DNA of 58,905 nt from an uncultured Candidatus Saccharibacteria bacterium (GTDB lineage Bacteria; Patescibacteriota; Minisyncoccia; Phycocordibacterales; DATDWN01): positions 1 through 58,905 of the forward strand of contig CAYVMP010000002.1 of the NCBI GenBank assembly GCA_964452635.1, given 5' to 3'. The notes below the pieces were generated by a model. The model was given only the letters and a program-made list of their open reading frames with translations. It was not told the origin of the DNA and ran no database searches. Shown one piece after another: positions 1 to 9,525 of this stretch. Numbering within the stretch: the stretch's first letter is position 1; each line of letters starts with the position of its first letter. A program made the translations under genes and the position numbers.

Positions 1-5
1 AAATC

Positions 6-31
6 AAAATAGCTCCATATGGAGCTATTTT
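6..31 (-). terminator. Intrinsic terminator hairpin downstream of the DUF1059-like gene
   Basis: AAAATAGCTCC-ATAT-GGAGCTATTTT is a perfect inverted repeat flanked by A/T runs. It lies about 22 nt past the stop at 53. Confidence 0.7.
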
Positions 32-52
32 GATAAATCACAGTATTGTGCG

Positions 53-268
53 CTATGCGTCTTGAAGGTTTGGAAATTTTTCTGCAAATTCTGCCATCCA
101 TTTATCGTTTTCTTCTTTCGGATTTGCCATTATTCTCTGTTCGATTTCTGGATGTGCCTCATGGATGTGTTTCCATCCAGTATCTATCATTTCTTTTGCG
201 TCTGAACCTGTAATCACCTCAGAACATGTTTCCGGACCACCCATTTCACTGCATAGTATTTTTTTCAT
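53..268 (-). CDS. DUF1059-like small Cys/His protein (71 aa)
   Basis: ORF 53..382 trimmed to the internal ATG at 268 (MKKILCSEMGGPETC...HIHEAHPE). The upstream part of the ORF is AT-rich junk. Confidence 0.6.
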   Translation of the reverse strand: MKKILCSEMGGPETCSEVITGSDAKEMIDTGWKHIHEAHPEIEQRIMANPKEENDKWMAEFAEKFPNLQDA

Positions 269-369
269 ATGTATTTTTATATAAATAACATTAATAATTA
301 TAAGACTAAGTGTATCACAAATAATCGATTTATTTTCTTTTATATAAAAATGGATTACTATGTACCAAT

Positions 370-690
370 ATGTCATCAACATTTCAACGAAAGATTGAGA
401 ATTTTATATGTGAGAAATGTGGTTTCTCTGTAGAAGGGAATGGCTACACAAATCATTGCCCAGAATGTCTGTGGTCAAAACATGTCGATATTCATCCTGG
501 GGACAGATTGGCAGAGTGTGGCGGAATGATGGAACCTGTGCGTGTTGAAGTAAAAGGCGGGGAATACACAATCATTCACATCTGTACTGCGTGTGGACTT
601 GAAAGGCCAAATAAAGCAGTTGCAGAAGATAATTTTCATATGCTTGTCCAGATATCCGCAGAGCATTCAAAGAAGTTTCAATCTTCCTAA
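370..690 (+). CDS. RNHCP-domain zinc-ribbon protein
   Basis: Motifs CEKCG...YTNHCPECLWSKHVD...GDR..CGG.M.P...CTACG match the RNHCP domain pattern. Confidence 0.7.
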   Translation: MSSTFQRKIENFICEKCGFSVEGNGYTNHCPECLWSKHVDIHPGDRLAECGGMMEPVRVEVKGGEYTIIHICTACGLERPNKAVAEDNFHMLVQISAEHSKKFQSS

Positions 691-691
691 A

Positions 692-1879
692 CTAATTTTT
701 TGTTAACTCATCCGTAATGAGCTTAGTCAATGTCGGTGCCCAGCTTTTTTGGAAGTTGTGGGCTACGGTGGCTATATCTGTTGCGAGGAATTGAGACAAA
801 TCCTTACCTGTCTCTGTTTTGAGTGCTCTACTGATGTATGCAAGAGTAATAGCTCGAAGATCCCGTGTGTCCGTTGTATCACCGTCCGATGATGTAGAAA
901 TAATCCCTATGAGCGTGCCACGAGCATCAAACACTCCTCCACCCGATGCACCCTTTTGTGATATGACTGTCCCCGGAACAGAAATGAGGTCAACAGTATC
1001 CGCTTTAAATGTAAATATGTCTGCAATCTTCGTAATGGCACTTGTGAGGTATAAATCTTTGAGGATTGAAATTCCTCCAAGAAATCCAGCAGGGTAGGAG
1101 ACAAGTGCAGTGTACTCACCACGGTCTATATCCTCTCGAGTATTCGGTGGTATGAAAGGGAATACAGATGGGAGGGGGGTACCATCGGTGCTTTCGGTGA
1201 TGTGTAGGAGCGCAAAGTCGTTTTCACCTGTTCCTTTAGGATCGGTTTGCTTGAGGATGCCTTTATTTGCCTGTACCCATGTTGGCGATACATACACAAG
1301 CTCTGCTTTATATCGAGGATAGGCAGGACTTCCGGTGCGAATCGTACATTCGACAAAGTTCTGTGCAGAAAAATTTTCAAGAAGCCAGTACTCTGCTACA
1401 TGCGCATTGGTAAGGATGACTCCGCGTGAGTCAATAATCACACCGCTCGCAGTGATCGGGTAGAGTGTGCCTGCTGTTTGGGTGGTACAGAGAATATTTA
1501 CAAGAGCGAGTCGTGCGGATGTGTTAACCGCATTTAAATCCGGTGGGGTAGTGGACGCTGGTTTAAGAGGAATTGTTGGTGTTGACGTTGCTACAGTGGA
1601 ATTTTTGATAGTGATTTGTTTTACTTTCTTTGTTGATTTTGATGTAGTAGGTGTGGTCGTTGCTGTTTTTGGTGTAGTTGTTGCGAGAGCACTGGATTGA
1701 GAAGTGGTTTCGGTTTGCGTGCGGGTTTGTGCTACCGGTAATTGGTACCCCATAGTTTTTCTCCATGCATTCTGTGTAAATGTGTAGACAGAGAGGGGAA
1801 TCGGTCGAAATGATGCAAATACAAGGAGAGACGAGAGTGAAAGAAGTGCAATGATGAGAATTATTTTCAATCGAAGCAT
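692..1879 (-). CDS. Membrane-anchored trypsin-like (S1/HtrA-like) serine protease without PDZ domain
   Basis: N-terminal TM segment and a Thr/Ser-rich linker. Triad-like motifs TNAHVA, NDFALL and GASGGGVF. Confidence 0.75.
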   Translation of the reverse strand: MLRLKIILIIALLSLSSLLVFASFRPIPLSVYTFTQNAWRKTMGYQLPVAQTRTQTETTSQSSALATTTPKTATTTPTTSKSTKKVKQITIKNSTVATSTPTIPLKPASTTPPDLNAVNTSARLALVNILCTTQTAGTLYPITASGVIIDSRGVILTNAHVAEYWLLENFSAQNFVECTIRTGSPAYPRYKAELVYVSPTWVQANKGILKQTDPKGTGENDFALLHITESTDGTPLPSVFPFIPPNTREDIDRGEYTALVSYPAGFLGGISILKDLYLTSAITKIADIFTFKADTVDLISVPGTVISQKGASGGGVFDARGTLIGIISTSSDGDTTDTRDLRAITLAYISRALKTETGKDLSQFLATDIATVAHNFQKSWAPTLTKLITDELTKN

Positions 1880-1964
1880 GTGTATAGTATAGCATATTGG
1901 TTTCGTTGCGAATCTAATTGATTTTTGGTACTATCATGTACGTGCATTAAGTAGTTTCTTTCAT

Positions 1965-2035
1965 GCGGGACTAGTTAATCGGTATAACAACAGTTTTCCA
2001 AACTGTGGTGGGGAGTTCGACTCTCCCGTCCCGCA
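1965..2035 (+). tRNA. tRNA-Gly (anticodon UCC), 71 nt, CCA not encoded
   Basis: Manual cloverleaf: acceptor GCGGGAC/GTCCCGC, D stem GTTA/TAAC, anticodon stem ACAGT/ACTGT with loop TTTCCAA, T arm GGGAG-TTCGACT-CTCCC, discriminator A. Confidence 0.9.
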
Positions 2036-2042
2036 CAAAGCT

Positions 2043-2717
2043 GTGAATAAAAATGTTTCAATTCTAGTAATAATAATTGTACTAATCACGACTGGTTTTT
2101 TCTATTTAAACAAAAATAAAATTACTACATTATCTCCGCTTGCAACCAGTACGCCAATTATAATAACAAATAAAAACACTGAATTAGTAGACGGGAAAGT
2201 TAGTTGGCTTAGATATGAAAACAATGAGCTTGGTGTAAGTTTTGACTATTATGGATATCCAGAAAATAATTTTAGAATGATGAAAGGTGATACTGGCAGA
2301 CAATTCAATGCCAGCTTCGTTTTGCCTTCAAAAACTCAAGTTTTTATGACTTCGAGAACAACAGATTATTCTATTGGAAAAGGTGAGACAACGGTCGGAT
2401 CTTGGGGTTACGGAACGATTGGAGGTAAGTATTATTTAAAAAATCACGATAAATTATCAGATTTTGAAATCCATCCAGACGAAACATGGCTTCTTGGGAA
2501 TGGTGACACCTCCCTAGTTTTTATAGGTAAAAATTTTGGTCCAGAGTATGAATATGATGATTTACCTATTTGGGTAACTCTAAATACAAAAAATAAAGAA
2601 TTTCCCGGCATCGGCCTACAAGTTTATTATGAAGGAGGTAACCACAAAATAACTGATGAAGATATCGAATATATAAAAAGGATTATATCTTCTATCAAAT
2701 TTTCTAATTCTAATTAA
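2043..2717 (+). CDS. Hypothetical N-terminally anchored protein (224 aa)
   Basis: GTG start 8 nt after the tRNA. TM segment NVSILVIIIVLITTGFFYL. Visibly AT-richer than neighbours. No recognisable motif. Confidence 0.55.
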   Translation: MNKNVSILVIIIVLITTGFFYLNKNKITTLSPLATSTPIIITNKNTELVDGKVSWLRYENNELGVSFDYYGYPENNFRMMKGDTGRQFNASFVLPSKTQVFMTSRTTDYSIGKGETTVGSWGYGTIGGKYYLKNHDKLSDFEIHPDETWLLGNGDTSLVFIGKNFGPEYEYDDLPIWVTLNTKNKEFPGIGLQVYYEGGNHKITDEDIEYIKRIISSIKFSNSN

Positions 2718-2782
2718 TATAATAAATCAGTTATATATTATCTGCATACATTCGGTTCTAACTTCGTGCAATAACCTGCACA

Positions 2783-2813
2783 AAAATATCCGCCACGTGT
2801 TTAGGGTGGCGGA
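2783..2813 (-). terminator. Intrinsic terminator of the histidine phosphatase gene
   Basis: TCCGCCAC/GTGGCGGA stem with a T-run on the minus strand, just below the stop at 2825. Confidence 0.65.
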
Positions 2814-2824
2814 ATGACCTATCT

Positions 2825-3511
2825 CTACCAGTATTTTTGGTTATACGTGTGCAAAGAAGGTTTCAGGTCTTTGTTAAAAGTGTAGACAGTCACACCACAA
2901 TTGACAGGACTTTGGGATGAGTCCTCCAGAAACTGTTCAAGTGTATCCAGTGACCATTTTTCCAAGATAAACCTGATGAGAGTGATGACTCTGCCGTGGG
3001 TGACGAGAAGTGTGTTCTTCTCTCTCTGTGAAGAAAGGAGATGAGTAATAGCGGGCTTCAATCTATCACAGACATCCATCAAGCTTTCTCCTCCAATCGG
3101 TCTTGCAAATATTTGGCCGACAGTTTCCCAATACTGTTTGTTCCATGGGAAGCACTTTTCGATTTCTGCCCCTGTCATCACGTACCCATACCCACTCTCA
3201 CGTTCACGGAATGATGTGTCTTCGATAACTTCTTCTACCGAGACATCGAGTAGTAGTTGCTCGAGTGTTTGCTTTGTTCTTGTGTACCCACTATGTACCG
3301 CAGTGTGATAGCGTACTCCGTGTGCACTGAGAGCGTGTCCAGTACGGTTTGCTTGGGTAAATCCATGTTCAGTAATGGAAACTCGATGATCGGGTATGTT
3401 TCTAAAACGATCTCGTGTTTCATCTGTGTTAAAAAATACAGGTGCGTGTGCCCGTACTCTGTTTAATAGCGACTCCGCATGTCGAACAATGGTGAGACTC
3501 GTTGTATTCAT
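2825..3511 (-). CDS. Histidine phosphatase family protein (phosphoglycerate mutase-like)
   Basis: N-terminal LTIVRHAES (RHG-type motif) and a distal LVTHGRVI histidine motif. Confidence 0.75.
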   Translation of the reverse strand: MNTTSLTIVRHAESLLNRVRAHAPVFFNTDETRDRFRNIPDHRVSITEHGFTQANRTGHALSAHGVRYHTAVHSGYTRTKQTLEQLLLDVSVEEVIEDTSFRERESGYGYVMTGAEIEKCFPWNKQYWETVGQIFARPIGGESLMDVCDRLKPAITHLLSSQREKNTLLVTHGRVITLIRFILEKWSLDTLEQFLEDSSQSPVNCGVTVYTFNKDLKPSLHTYNQKYW

Positions 3512-3669
3512 TTTTCAGAGAACCTTTCTGTTTTGAGTATATAATAGTTTAAAAAATGTGAACTGATTGTAATGCGTATTTGTATATAAAATATAATTAA
3601 TTATAAAAATACATTGTAAAATAAAAATCTTTTGTTATAATATTTATGTACTATAGATAATACACAAAT

Positions 3670-4410
3670 ATGGAAATACAACATGTTTTGGAAAATTTAG
3701 GCCTATCTTTGCTCGAAGCACGAGTATATCTCTCGCTTTTAACACACGGAAGAATGACCGTTTCTCTCGTATCACAAGATACTGGGGTGTATAGACCAAC
3801 AATATATCGAATACTCCCAACACTTATAGAAAATGGTTTGGTTTCAAGTGTTATTGTAAAAAAGAGAAAATTCTATGTTGCAGAGGATCCACATCGTTTA
3901 TCACGATTGATTACAAATAAAAAAAGTGATCTCGAATCAATTTTGCCTGATTTGTCTCGAATTTTTGGTGGAGTGCAGGCAAAGCCAGTAGTTTCTTTCT
4001 ATGAGGGCAAGAAAGCAATTCAGCATATTTATGAGATTATGACGGAGAGATTGAAGAAAGGAGAGGCTTTTTACAGGTATGAATCACCTCGAGATCACAA
4101 AATTTTAAAAAACTATTACCCTGATTTATATCGGAGAAGAACAGGGGGATCAAATAGTGAGATTGAGAAGTATGTTATAACGAATGAAGTCACAGAAAAA
4201 GATAGATTAAAAAGACTTACTCGTCATACGCGGTATATACCAGAAACCATAGATACATTTGATTACAATATATCTCAGATTATCTATAAAGATACAGTTA
4301 TGTTTGTTGACTATGATACTGAGACAGCAACAGTTATTCAAAATAAACGCTTTGCAGATTTTCATTATAGATTGTTTCAAATATTGTTTTCGAAATTACC
4401 TCATTCGTAG
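3670..4410 (+). CDS. TrmB-like winged-helix transcriptional regulator
   Basis: N-terminal LGLSLLEARVYLSLL..G..TVSLVSQDTGVYRPTIYRILPTLIENGLV is typical of the TrmB HTH. Confidence 0.65.
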   Translation: MEIQHVLENLGLSLLEARVYLSLLTHGRMTVSLVSQDTGVYRPTIYRILPTLIENGLVSSVIVKKRKFYVAEDPHRLSRLITNKKSDLESILPDLSRIFGGVQAKPVVSFYEGKKAIQHIYEIMTERLKKGEAFYRYESPRDHKILKNYYPDLYRRRTGGSNSEIEKYVITNEVTEKDRLKRLTRHTRYIPETIDTFDYNISQIIYKDTVMFVDYDTETATVIQNKRFADFHYRLFQILFSKLPHS

Positions 4411-4416
4411 AGACAT

Positions 4417-4446
4417 TCAAAAAGCGCTCGTGTGAGCGCTTTTTGA
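4417..4446. terminator. Bidirectional intrinsic terminator between convergent genes
   Basis: AAAAAGCGCTC-GTGT-GAGCGCTTTTT with A and T runs on both sides. Confidence 0.75.
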
Positions 4447-4466
4447 ATGATAGAAAGGGGAGAGGA

Positions 4467-4739
4467 TTATTTTACTGCATCCTTCAATCCCTTTGCTGCA
4501 CGGAACTTTGGAACTTTCATTGCAGGAACAGAGATTGATTCACCTGTTCGAGGATTTCGTGCCTGACGAGCTGCACGAGTCTTGGTTGAAAAGATACCAA
4601 GACCTGCGATAGATACCTCACCACCCTTTTTGAGTGTGCCTACAATAGAATCAATAATCATATCTACGATTTCTTCTGCTTGAACCTTTGTACCACCGAG
4701 CTTCTGGTGGACTGCGTCTACAATAGATGCTTTATTCAT
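4467..4739 (-). CDS. hup: HU family DNA-binding protein
   Basis: 90 aa. GLGIFSTKTRAARQARNPRTGESISVPA arm motif. Confidence 0.92.
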   Translation of the reverse strand: MNKASIVDAVHQKLGGTKVQAEEIVDMIIDSIVGTLKKGGEVSIAGLGIFSTKTRAARQARNPRTGESISVPAMKVPKFRAAKGLKDAVK

Positions 4740-4866
4740 ATAATTTCTTAAATAAATTACGGATAATGACGAACTAAATCGACGGCTACTACGCTATACA
4801 TTATATAGTAAGGGTTTTTTAGTGCAACATATTGAAAATATATCAAAAATGTTGTGTAGATCTGGT

Positions 4867-6396
4867 CTATCGTGCAAACTCAATGCTTCGTGATTCACGA
4901 ATCACATTCACTTTTATCTCTCCTGGGTATTTGAGTTCGTTTTCAATACGGATTGCTATGTCTCGTGCCATTTTATGTGCCTCAAGATCTGTGACTTCTG
5001 TTGGTGTTACGAATATTCTGATTTCACGGCCAGCTTGGAGAGCATATGCTTTCTCAACACCGGTAAATGATGTTGCGACTGCTTCCAAATCACCAAGACG
5101 TTTGAGATAGTTTTCAATACTATCACTTCGGGCACCCGGTCTGCTTCCGGAAATAGCATCAACTGCCTGAACAATCATTGATTCGAGTGTTTCGTACGGG
5201 TATTCCTCGTGATGTGCCTGCATCGCCTTAATGATTGCTTCGTCAGTTCCAAATTTCTGGAGGATTCTGCGTCCGATTTCTACATGTGATCCAGCAACTT
5301 CGTGGTCGAGCGCTTTGCCGATGTCGTGTACGAGTGCACCTGCTTTGGCAACTGCTACGTTTGCACCGATTTCTTCAGCAATCATTCCTGCAAGGTGGGT
5401 CATCTCGACTGAGTGTGCGAGTACATTCTGTCCATAGCTGGTTCGGAAATGTAGTCGTCCGAGAATAGAGATAACACGAGGATCCAGTCCGAGTACACCT
5501 GTCTCGTACACAGCTTCCTCGCCTTTTTGTTTTATAATTTTATTAATTTCCTCCTCAGATTTCTTTACAATCTCTTCGATTTTTGCAGGTTGAATGCGTC
5601 CATCGGCAATGAGTTTCTCTAGAGCGGTCTTTGCAACCTGACGTCGAACAGGATCAAATGACGATATAGTAATTGATCCCGGTGTGTCATCAACAATCAC
5701 CTCAACACCAGTCACACGTTCGAATGCTTTTATATTTCTACCTTCTTTTCCAATAATTTTGCCTTTAATATCATCATTCGGAATGCTTACGTGTGTCGTG
5801 AGCATGTCAGATGTAACTGAATTTGCGAGTCTTTGGATTGATGTTGCAAGAATGGATTTTGCTTTCTGCTCAAATCTTTCCTCGCCTCCTATTTCTAGTT
5901 TGTGAATGCGGGCAAGAATATCTTCCTCCGATTCCCGCTCAACTTTCTGTAGAATTTCTTTTCGAGCTTCTTCTTGTGTGAGTTGTCCAATCTTCTGCAA
6001 CTCTTCTTTTTTCTGACGTTCAAGTTTTTCTGTGTTTTCTCGAATAGCTTTTATTTCCTCGATTCTCTGTTTAATCTGTTCAACTTCTCTATCAATGTCT
6101 GTCTGTCGGTTATCGAGCAACTCTTCCTTTTTAATCAATCGATCTTCTGTTTTCTTTTGTTTTTCTTCTTTTTCTTTGATTTCTGCACGAGCTTCTCGCA
6201 GAATCTCTTCTGCTTTTTTCTCTGCTTCGTCTATGATTGTTTTGTGTTTCTGCTCAGCTTCAAGTTGCATCTCCTTCAACTCAAGCTCCATAGAGCCCTT
6301 TTTACCGAGTGAGATGATGAGACGCAAATAATAGCCGAGCCCAATGCTGACCACTGATGTTCCTGCAAGGAGGAACAGTACTAATTTTAATGTCAT
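4867..6396 (-). CDS. rny: Ribonuclease Y
   Basis: N-terminal TM, long coiled coil, KH motif GKIIGKEGRNIKAFE, HD domain HDIGKA. Confidence 0.93.
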   Translation of the reverse strand: MTLKLVLFLLAGTSVVSIGLGYYLRLIISLGKKGSMELELKEMQLEAEQKHKTIIDEAEKKAEEILREARAEIKEKEEKQKKTEDRLIKKEELLDNRQTDIDREVEQIKQRIEEIKAIRENTEKLERQKKEELQKIGQLTQEEARKEILQKVERESEEDILARIHKLEIGGEERFEQKAKSILATSIQRLANSVTSDMLTTHVSIPNDDIKGKIIGKEGRNIKAFERVTGVEVIVDDTPGSITISSFDPVRRQVAKTALEKLIADGRIQPAKIEEIVKKSEEEINKIIKQKGEEAVYETGVLGLDPRVISILGRLHFRTSYGQNVLAHSVEMTHLAGMIAEEIGANVAVAKAGALVHDIGKALDHEVAGSHVEIGRRILQKFGTDEAIIKAMQAHHEEYPYETLESMIVQAVDAISGSRPGARSDSIENYLKRLGDLEAVATSFTGVEKAYALQAGREIRIFVTPTEVTDLEAHKMARDIAIRIENELKYPGEIKVNVIRESRSIEFAR

Positions 6397-6594
6397 GGAA
6401 TGTAATATTCCTCTTCAGGCAATAATAAACCTATGGAAGGCGAGATGTTCGTATATTCTGTCTAATCTGTATAGTCATAAGTGTTATGAATTGTTGGAAT
6501 TCTCTGATACCAATGGGGTTGTCTGTACTGAATGAAAAGAAACGGAATTTAAAATGGTAATACCACAACTATAATAGATATAGAGCATAAAGTC

Positions 6595-6621
6595 AAAAAA
6601 CCACCTGACCGGTGGTTTTTT
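6595..6621. terminator. Intrinsic terminator after clpP
   Basis: AAAAAACCACC-TGACC-GGTGGTTTTTT. Confidence 0.7.
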
Positions 6622-6645
6622 CAGATCTTCTTCAGTAGTACTTTA

Positions 6646-7215
6646 TTATAGTACCTTGTCTATTATTCCGTATTTCTTTGCTTCCTCTGCTGACATGAAG
6701 AAGTCACGATCAATATCCTTTTCTATCTTTGAGATTGATTGACCAGTGTTTTTTGCCATGATTTTAGCAAGATTTTCTCGAAGTTTGATGATTTGCTTTG
6801 CGCGGATTTCGATGTCTGATGCCTGACCTTCTGCTCCTCCAAGTGGCTGGTGTATCATCACTTCTGAGTTTGGAAGAGCCATGCGTTTACCCTTTGTCCC
6901 TGCAGAAAGCAACCATGCACCTCCTGATGCTGCCATTCCTATGCAGATGGTTGATACATCATTTTTAATATGGTTTATGGTGTCAATCATTGCAAGTGTT
7001 GCAGATGCAGATCCTCCGGGAGAATTAATGTAGAGCGAAATGTCTTTCTTCGAGTCCTCTGACTGGAGGAAGAGAAGTTGGGCAATAACAATATTTGCAA
7101 CATGGTCATCGATTGGTCCATCGAGGAAAATAATGTTGTCACGCAATAGTCGCGAATAAATATCATACGCTCGCTCTCCAAACTGTGATTTTTCTATAAC
7201 GGTTGGTATTAACAT
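6646..7215 (-). CDS. clpP: ATP-dependent Clp protease proteolytic subunit
   Basis: Full-length ClpP pattern ([22 protein letters not shown] active-site Ser, MIHQP His). Confidence 0.95.
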   Translation of the reverse strand: MLIPTVIEKSQFGERAYDIYSRLLRDNIIFLDGPIDDHVANIVIAQLLFLQSEDSKKDISLYINSPGGSASATLAMIDTINHIKNDVSTICIGMAASGGAWLLSAGTKGKRMALPNSEVMIHQPLGGAEGQASDIEIRAKQIIKLRENLAKIMAKNTGQSISKIEKDIDRDFFMSAEEAKKYGIIDKVL

Positions 7216-7243
7216 GGTGTGGGTTGGTTATGTGTAAAATATC

Positions 7244-7266
7244 AAATCTCTTTCTCGACGAGATTT
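7244..7266 (-). promoter_or_regulatory. Small 5'-leader hairpin with loop GTCGAGAAA, about 29 nt upstream of the clpP ATG (apparently unoccupied target motif of the foldback repeats)
   Basis: Minus strand reads AAAATCTC-GTCGAGAAA-GAGATTT. The same CTC-GTCGAG...CGAGAAA-GAG halves bracket the repeats at 28471-28660, 50024-50145 and, degenerately, 54597-54720. Confidence 0.5.
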
Positions 7267-7337
7267 TGTTACTAAAAACGTTACGTAAATATACCAGAAA
7301 TTAAAAATAAGACAAAATCGACAAAATGTAGTACAGT

Positions 7338-8048
7338 ATGAGTACTATGAGAATCCATCGATTCTACGTTAAAACTCCAATCACTGACTCAACATATGAG
7401 ATTTCTGATCGTGACCTCGTTCATCAGTGGAAGAAAGTGTTTCGGTATAATGTTGGAAGTCAGGTGATTGTGTTTGATGGATCGGGGACTGATCACCTCT
7501 GTATGATTTCTTCTCTCAGAAATCTTGGCGCGACGCTTGTGGTGATACGCAAGACTCGAACAGTGAGTACGGTGCATCGGAGTGTATGGATGTGTGTATC
7601 ACTTATCAAGAAAGATAATTTTGAGATGGTGGTGCAGAAGGTAACTGAACTCGGAGTCACTCACATTGTTCCGATTCTCGCTGAACGAAGTGAAAAGAAA
7701 AAAATAAATATGGAGCGACTTGAGAAAATAAGTATCGAAGCATCAGAACAGTCGGGGAGAGGGGATGTGCCTCAGATCATGCCACTTACAACACTCTCTG
7801 ATCTGTTTGCTCGAGGAGTGTTACCTCAGGAAAAAATAGTCCTGCACCCAGACGGTATGGATTTTCGCCTTCATATTTCAAATGGCAACCCTTCAACACT
7901 TGCAGTATTCATTGGTTCAGAGGGTGGATGGAGTGACAAGGAAATACAAATGTTTCAATCGTACAATATTCCTGTGCTCAGTCTTGGTTCACAGATACTC
8001 CGTGCAGAAACAAGCGCCATTGCAGTCGCAAGTGCACTCCTCATTTAA
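7338..8048 (+). CDS. rsmE: 16S rRNA (uracil1498-N3)-methyltransferase
   Basis: RFY start, K.D..E..VQKVTELGV..IVPI..ERS, FIGSEGGWS..E, LGSQILRAETS. Confidence 0.85.
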   Translation: MSTMRIHRFYVKTPITDSTYEISDRDLVHQWKKVFRYNVGSQVIVFDGSGTDHLCMISSLRNLGATLVVIRKTRTVSTVHRSVWMCVSLIKKDNFEMVVQKVTELGVTHIVPILAERSEKKKINMERLEKISIEASEQSGRGDVPQIMPLTTLSDLFARGVLPQEKIVLHPDGMDFRLHISNGNPSTLAVFIGSEGGWSDKEIQMFQSYNIPVLSLGSQILRAETSAIAVASALLI

Positions 8049-8079
8049 GAGCCTGTTTAGAATTTAGACACGGTTTGAC

Positions 8080-9162
8080 CTACTTATTTTGACTTTCGAG
8101 GAATGAAAGTACGAGCTCGTTTGTCATGAATGTCTCAACATACATTCGTACTCGGAAACGCTCCGCATCTTTGTAGTGTTCGATAATGTGCTCCATCTCC
8201 TTTTTCACATCCTCCTCTGCTGGTTCGAGTTTTTCAGCGCGAGCAATTTCATTAAGTACTACCTGAGACTTTGCTCGTTTGAGTGCAGTTTCCTTCCATT
8301 CGTTTTTCAAATCCTCCTCTGTTTTTTTGATGTGTTTTAAATAATCTTCATATGATACTCCAGAACGAGTAAGATCGTCTTTGAATTGTGCAAGCATTTT
8401 TTCCATTTCTCCGTCAACGATGATTTGCGGTAGTTCGATTGTTGATTTCTCGATAATCTCTTCGAGAAGATGTGTACGATGTTTGTCACGATCCTTAAGA
8501 GTTTTCTCAGACGCAATATTTTCTTTGATTTTCTCTTTGAGTTCGACCACAGTTTTGAATCCTCCTATTTTTTGAGCAAACTCATCGGTGACTTCTGGCA
8601 AATCTGCGTCAGTAATCTCTGGGTGGTCATGGGTATGTTCGTCCGATGAGTGTTTTGCATGTATTTCCTGATGCGCAATGTTTTTTCGGATATTGAGGAG
8701 CACCTCATCTATTTCGGCATCTGTGACATCTGGTGTTTTTGTAGAAACTTTCTTATTTTCAGTCTGTGCTATTTTTTTGTATTCAGCAAGTGTGATGAGT
8801 GGTGCAAGGTATGTTTTGATTTTGAATGATAGTTCATTCCCCGGTGCCATCTTTGTGATACTGATTTCAGGTCTACCTATGGCATCAATAGAGTGTTCAT
8901 CGAGTATGTTTGGGTACTCCTCCGAGAGCGCCATCTCAGCTGTTTCTTCAAGAACGCTCATTTCTCCAACTTTCTGTACGATGAGTGCATCAGGAGCATT
9001 TCCCTTACGAAATCCCGCAATCTCAATGTTTTCTTTGATTTTCGCTACTGCCTTTGAACGAAGTTCATTCATTCTCTCTGCGGTAATAGAACCAACAATC
9101 TCCATCTCTCTTTGAGGGAGTGAGTTGAGCACAATATCTGTATAGTTTTTTTTGTTTGGCAT
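8080..9162 (-). CDS. tig: Trigger factor lacking the PPIase domain (360 aa)
   Basis: The ribosome-binding N domain (AGFRKGNAP signature) joins the C-terminal arm domain through a short His-rich linker. Confidence 0.8.
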   Translation of the reverse strand: MPNKKNYTDIVLNSLPQREMEIVGSITAERMNELRSKAVAKIKENIEIAGFRKGNAPDALIVQKVGEMSVLEETAEMALSEEYPNILDEHSIDAIGRPEISITKMAPGNELSFKIKTYLAPLITLAEYKKIAQTENKKVSTKTPDVTDAEIDEVLLNIRKNIAHQEIHAKHSSDEHTHDHPEITDADLPEVTDEFAQKIGGFKTVVELKEKIKENIASEKTLKDRDKHRTHLLEEIIEKSTIELPQIIVDGEMEKMLAQFKDDLTRSGVSYEDYLKHIKKTEEDLKNEWKETALKRAKSQVVLNEIARAEKLEPAEEDVKKEMEHIIEHYKDAERFRVRMYVETFMTNELVLSFLESQNK

Positions 9163-9203
9163 AGTTTTCCCAGTCTACAATGTACTTTTAATTTTGGCAA
9201 ATG

Positions 9204-9233
9204 AAAACACATACGCGGGTACGTATGTGTTTT
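9204..9233. terminator. Intrinsic terminator hairpin
   Basis: AAAACACATACG/CGTATGTGTTTT is a 12-bp perfect stem below the stop of the 9254..9511 gene. Confidence 0.7.
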
Positions 9234-9253
9234 GATGGTCGTGAGAGAGAATG

Positions 9254-9511
9254 TTACTGGAGTTCAGGGGTCAAATTGGTTGTGTTTGTCGCTTTGAGAT
9301 CTGCATCAATTGAACTCGGTTCATCAGAAGAGCTCATACTTTTTATTGCTGCCGCCTCATTCATTGTAGTACCTGTATCTTCTGTTTTGAGAGCTTGCTC
9401 ATTGCGTGATTCCTCGACTCTCTTTCCCCAGAAGTATAGACCTCCAAGAATGATAACTGCAATAATGATGATTGTCGCAATAATACTTCCTATTGATGAT
9501 TTATTTTCCAT
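9254..9511 (-). CDS. Small single-pass membrane protein (85 aa)
   Basis: TM segment IGSIIATIIIIAVIILGGLYFWG followed by an acidic Ser/Thr tail. Tightly spaced behind the upstream gene. Confidence 0.55.
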   Translation of the reverse strand: MENKSSIGSIIATIIIIAVIILGGLYFWGKRVEESRNEQALKTEDTGTTMNEAAAIKSMSSSDEPSSIDADLKATNTTNLTPELQ

Positions 9512-9525
9512 ATATTTAATAATAA

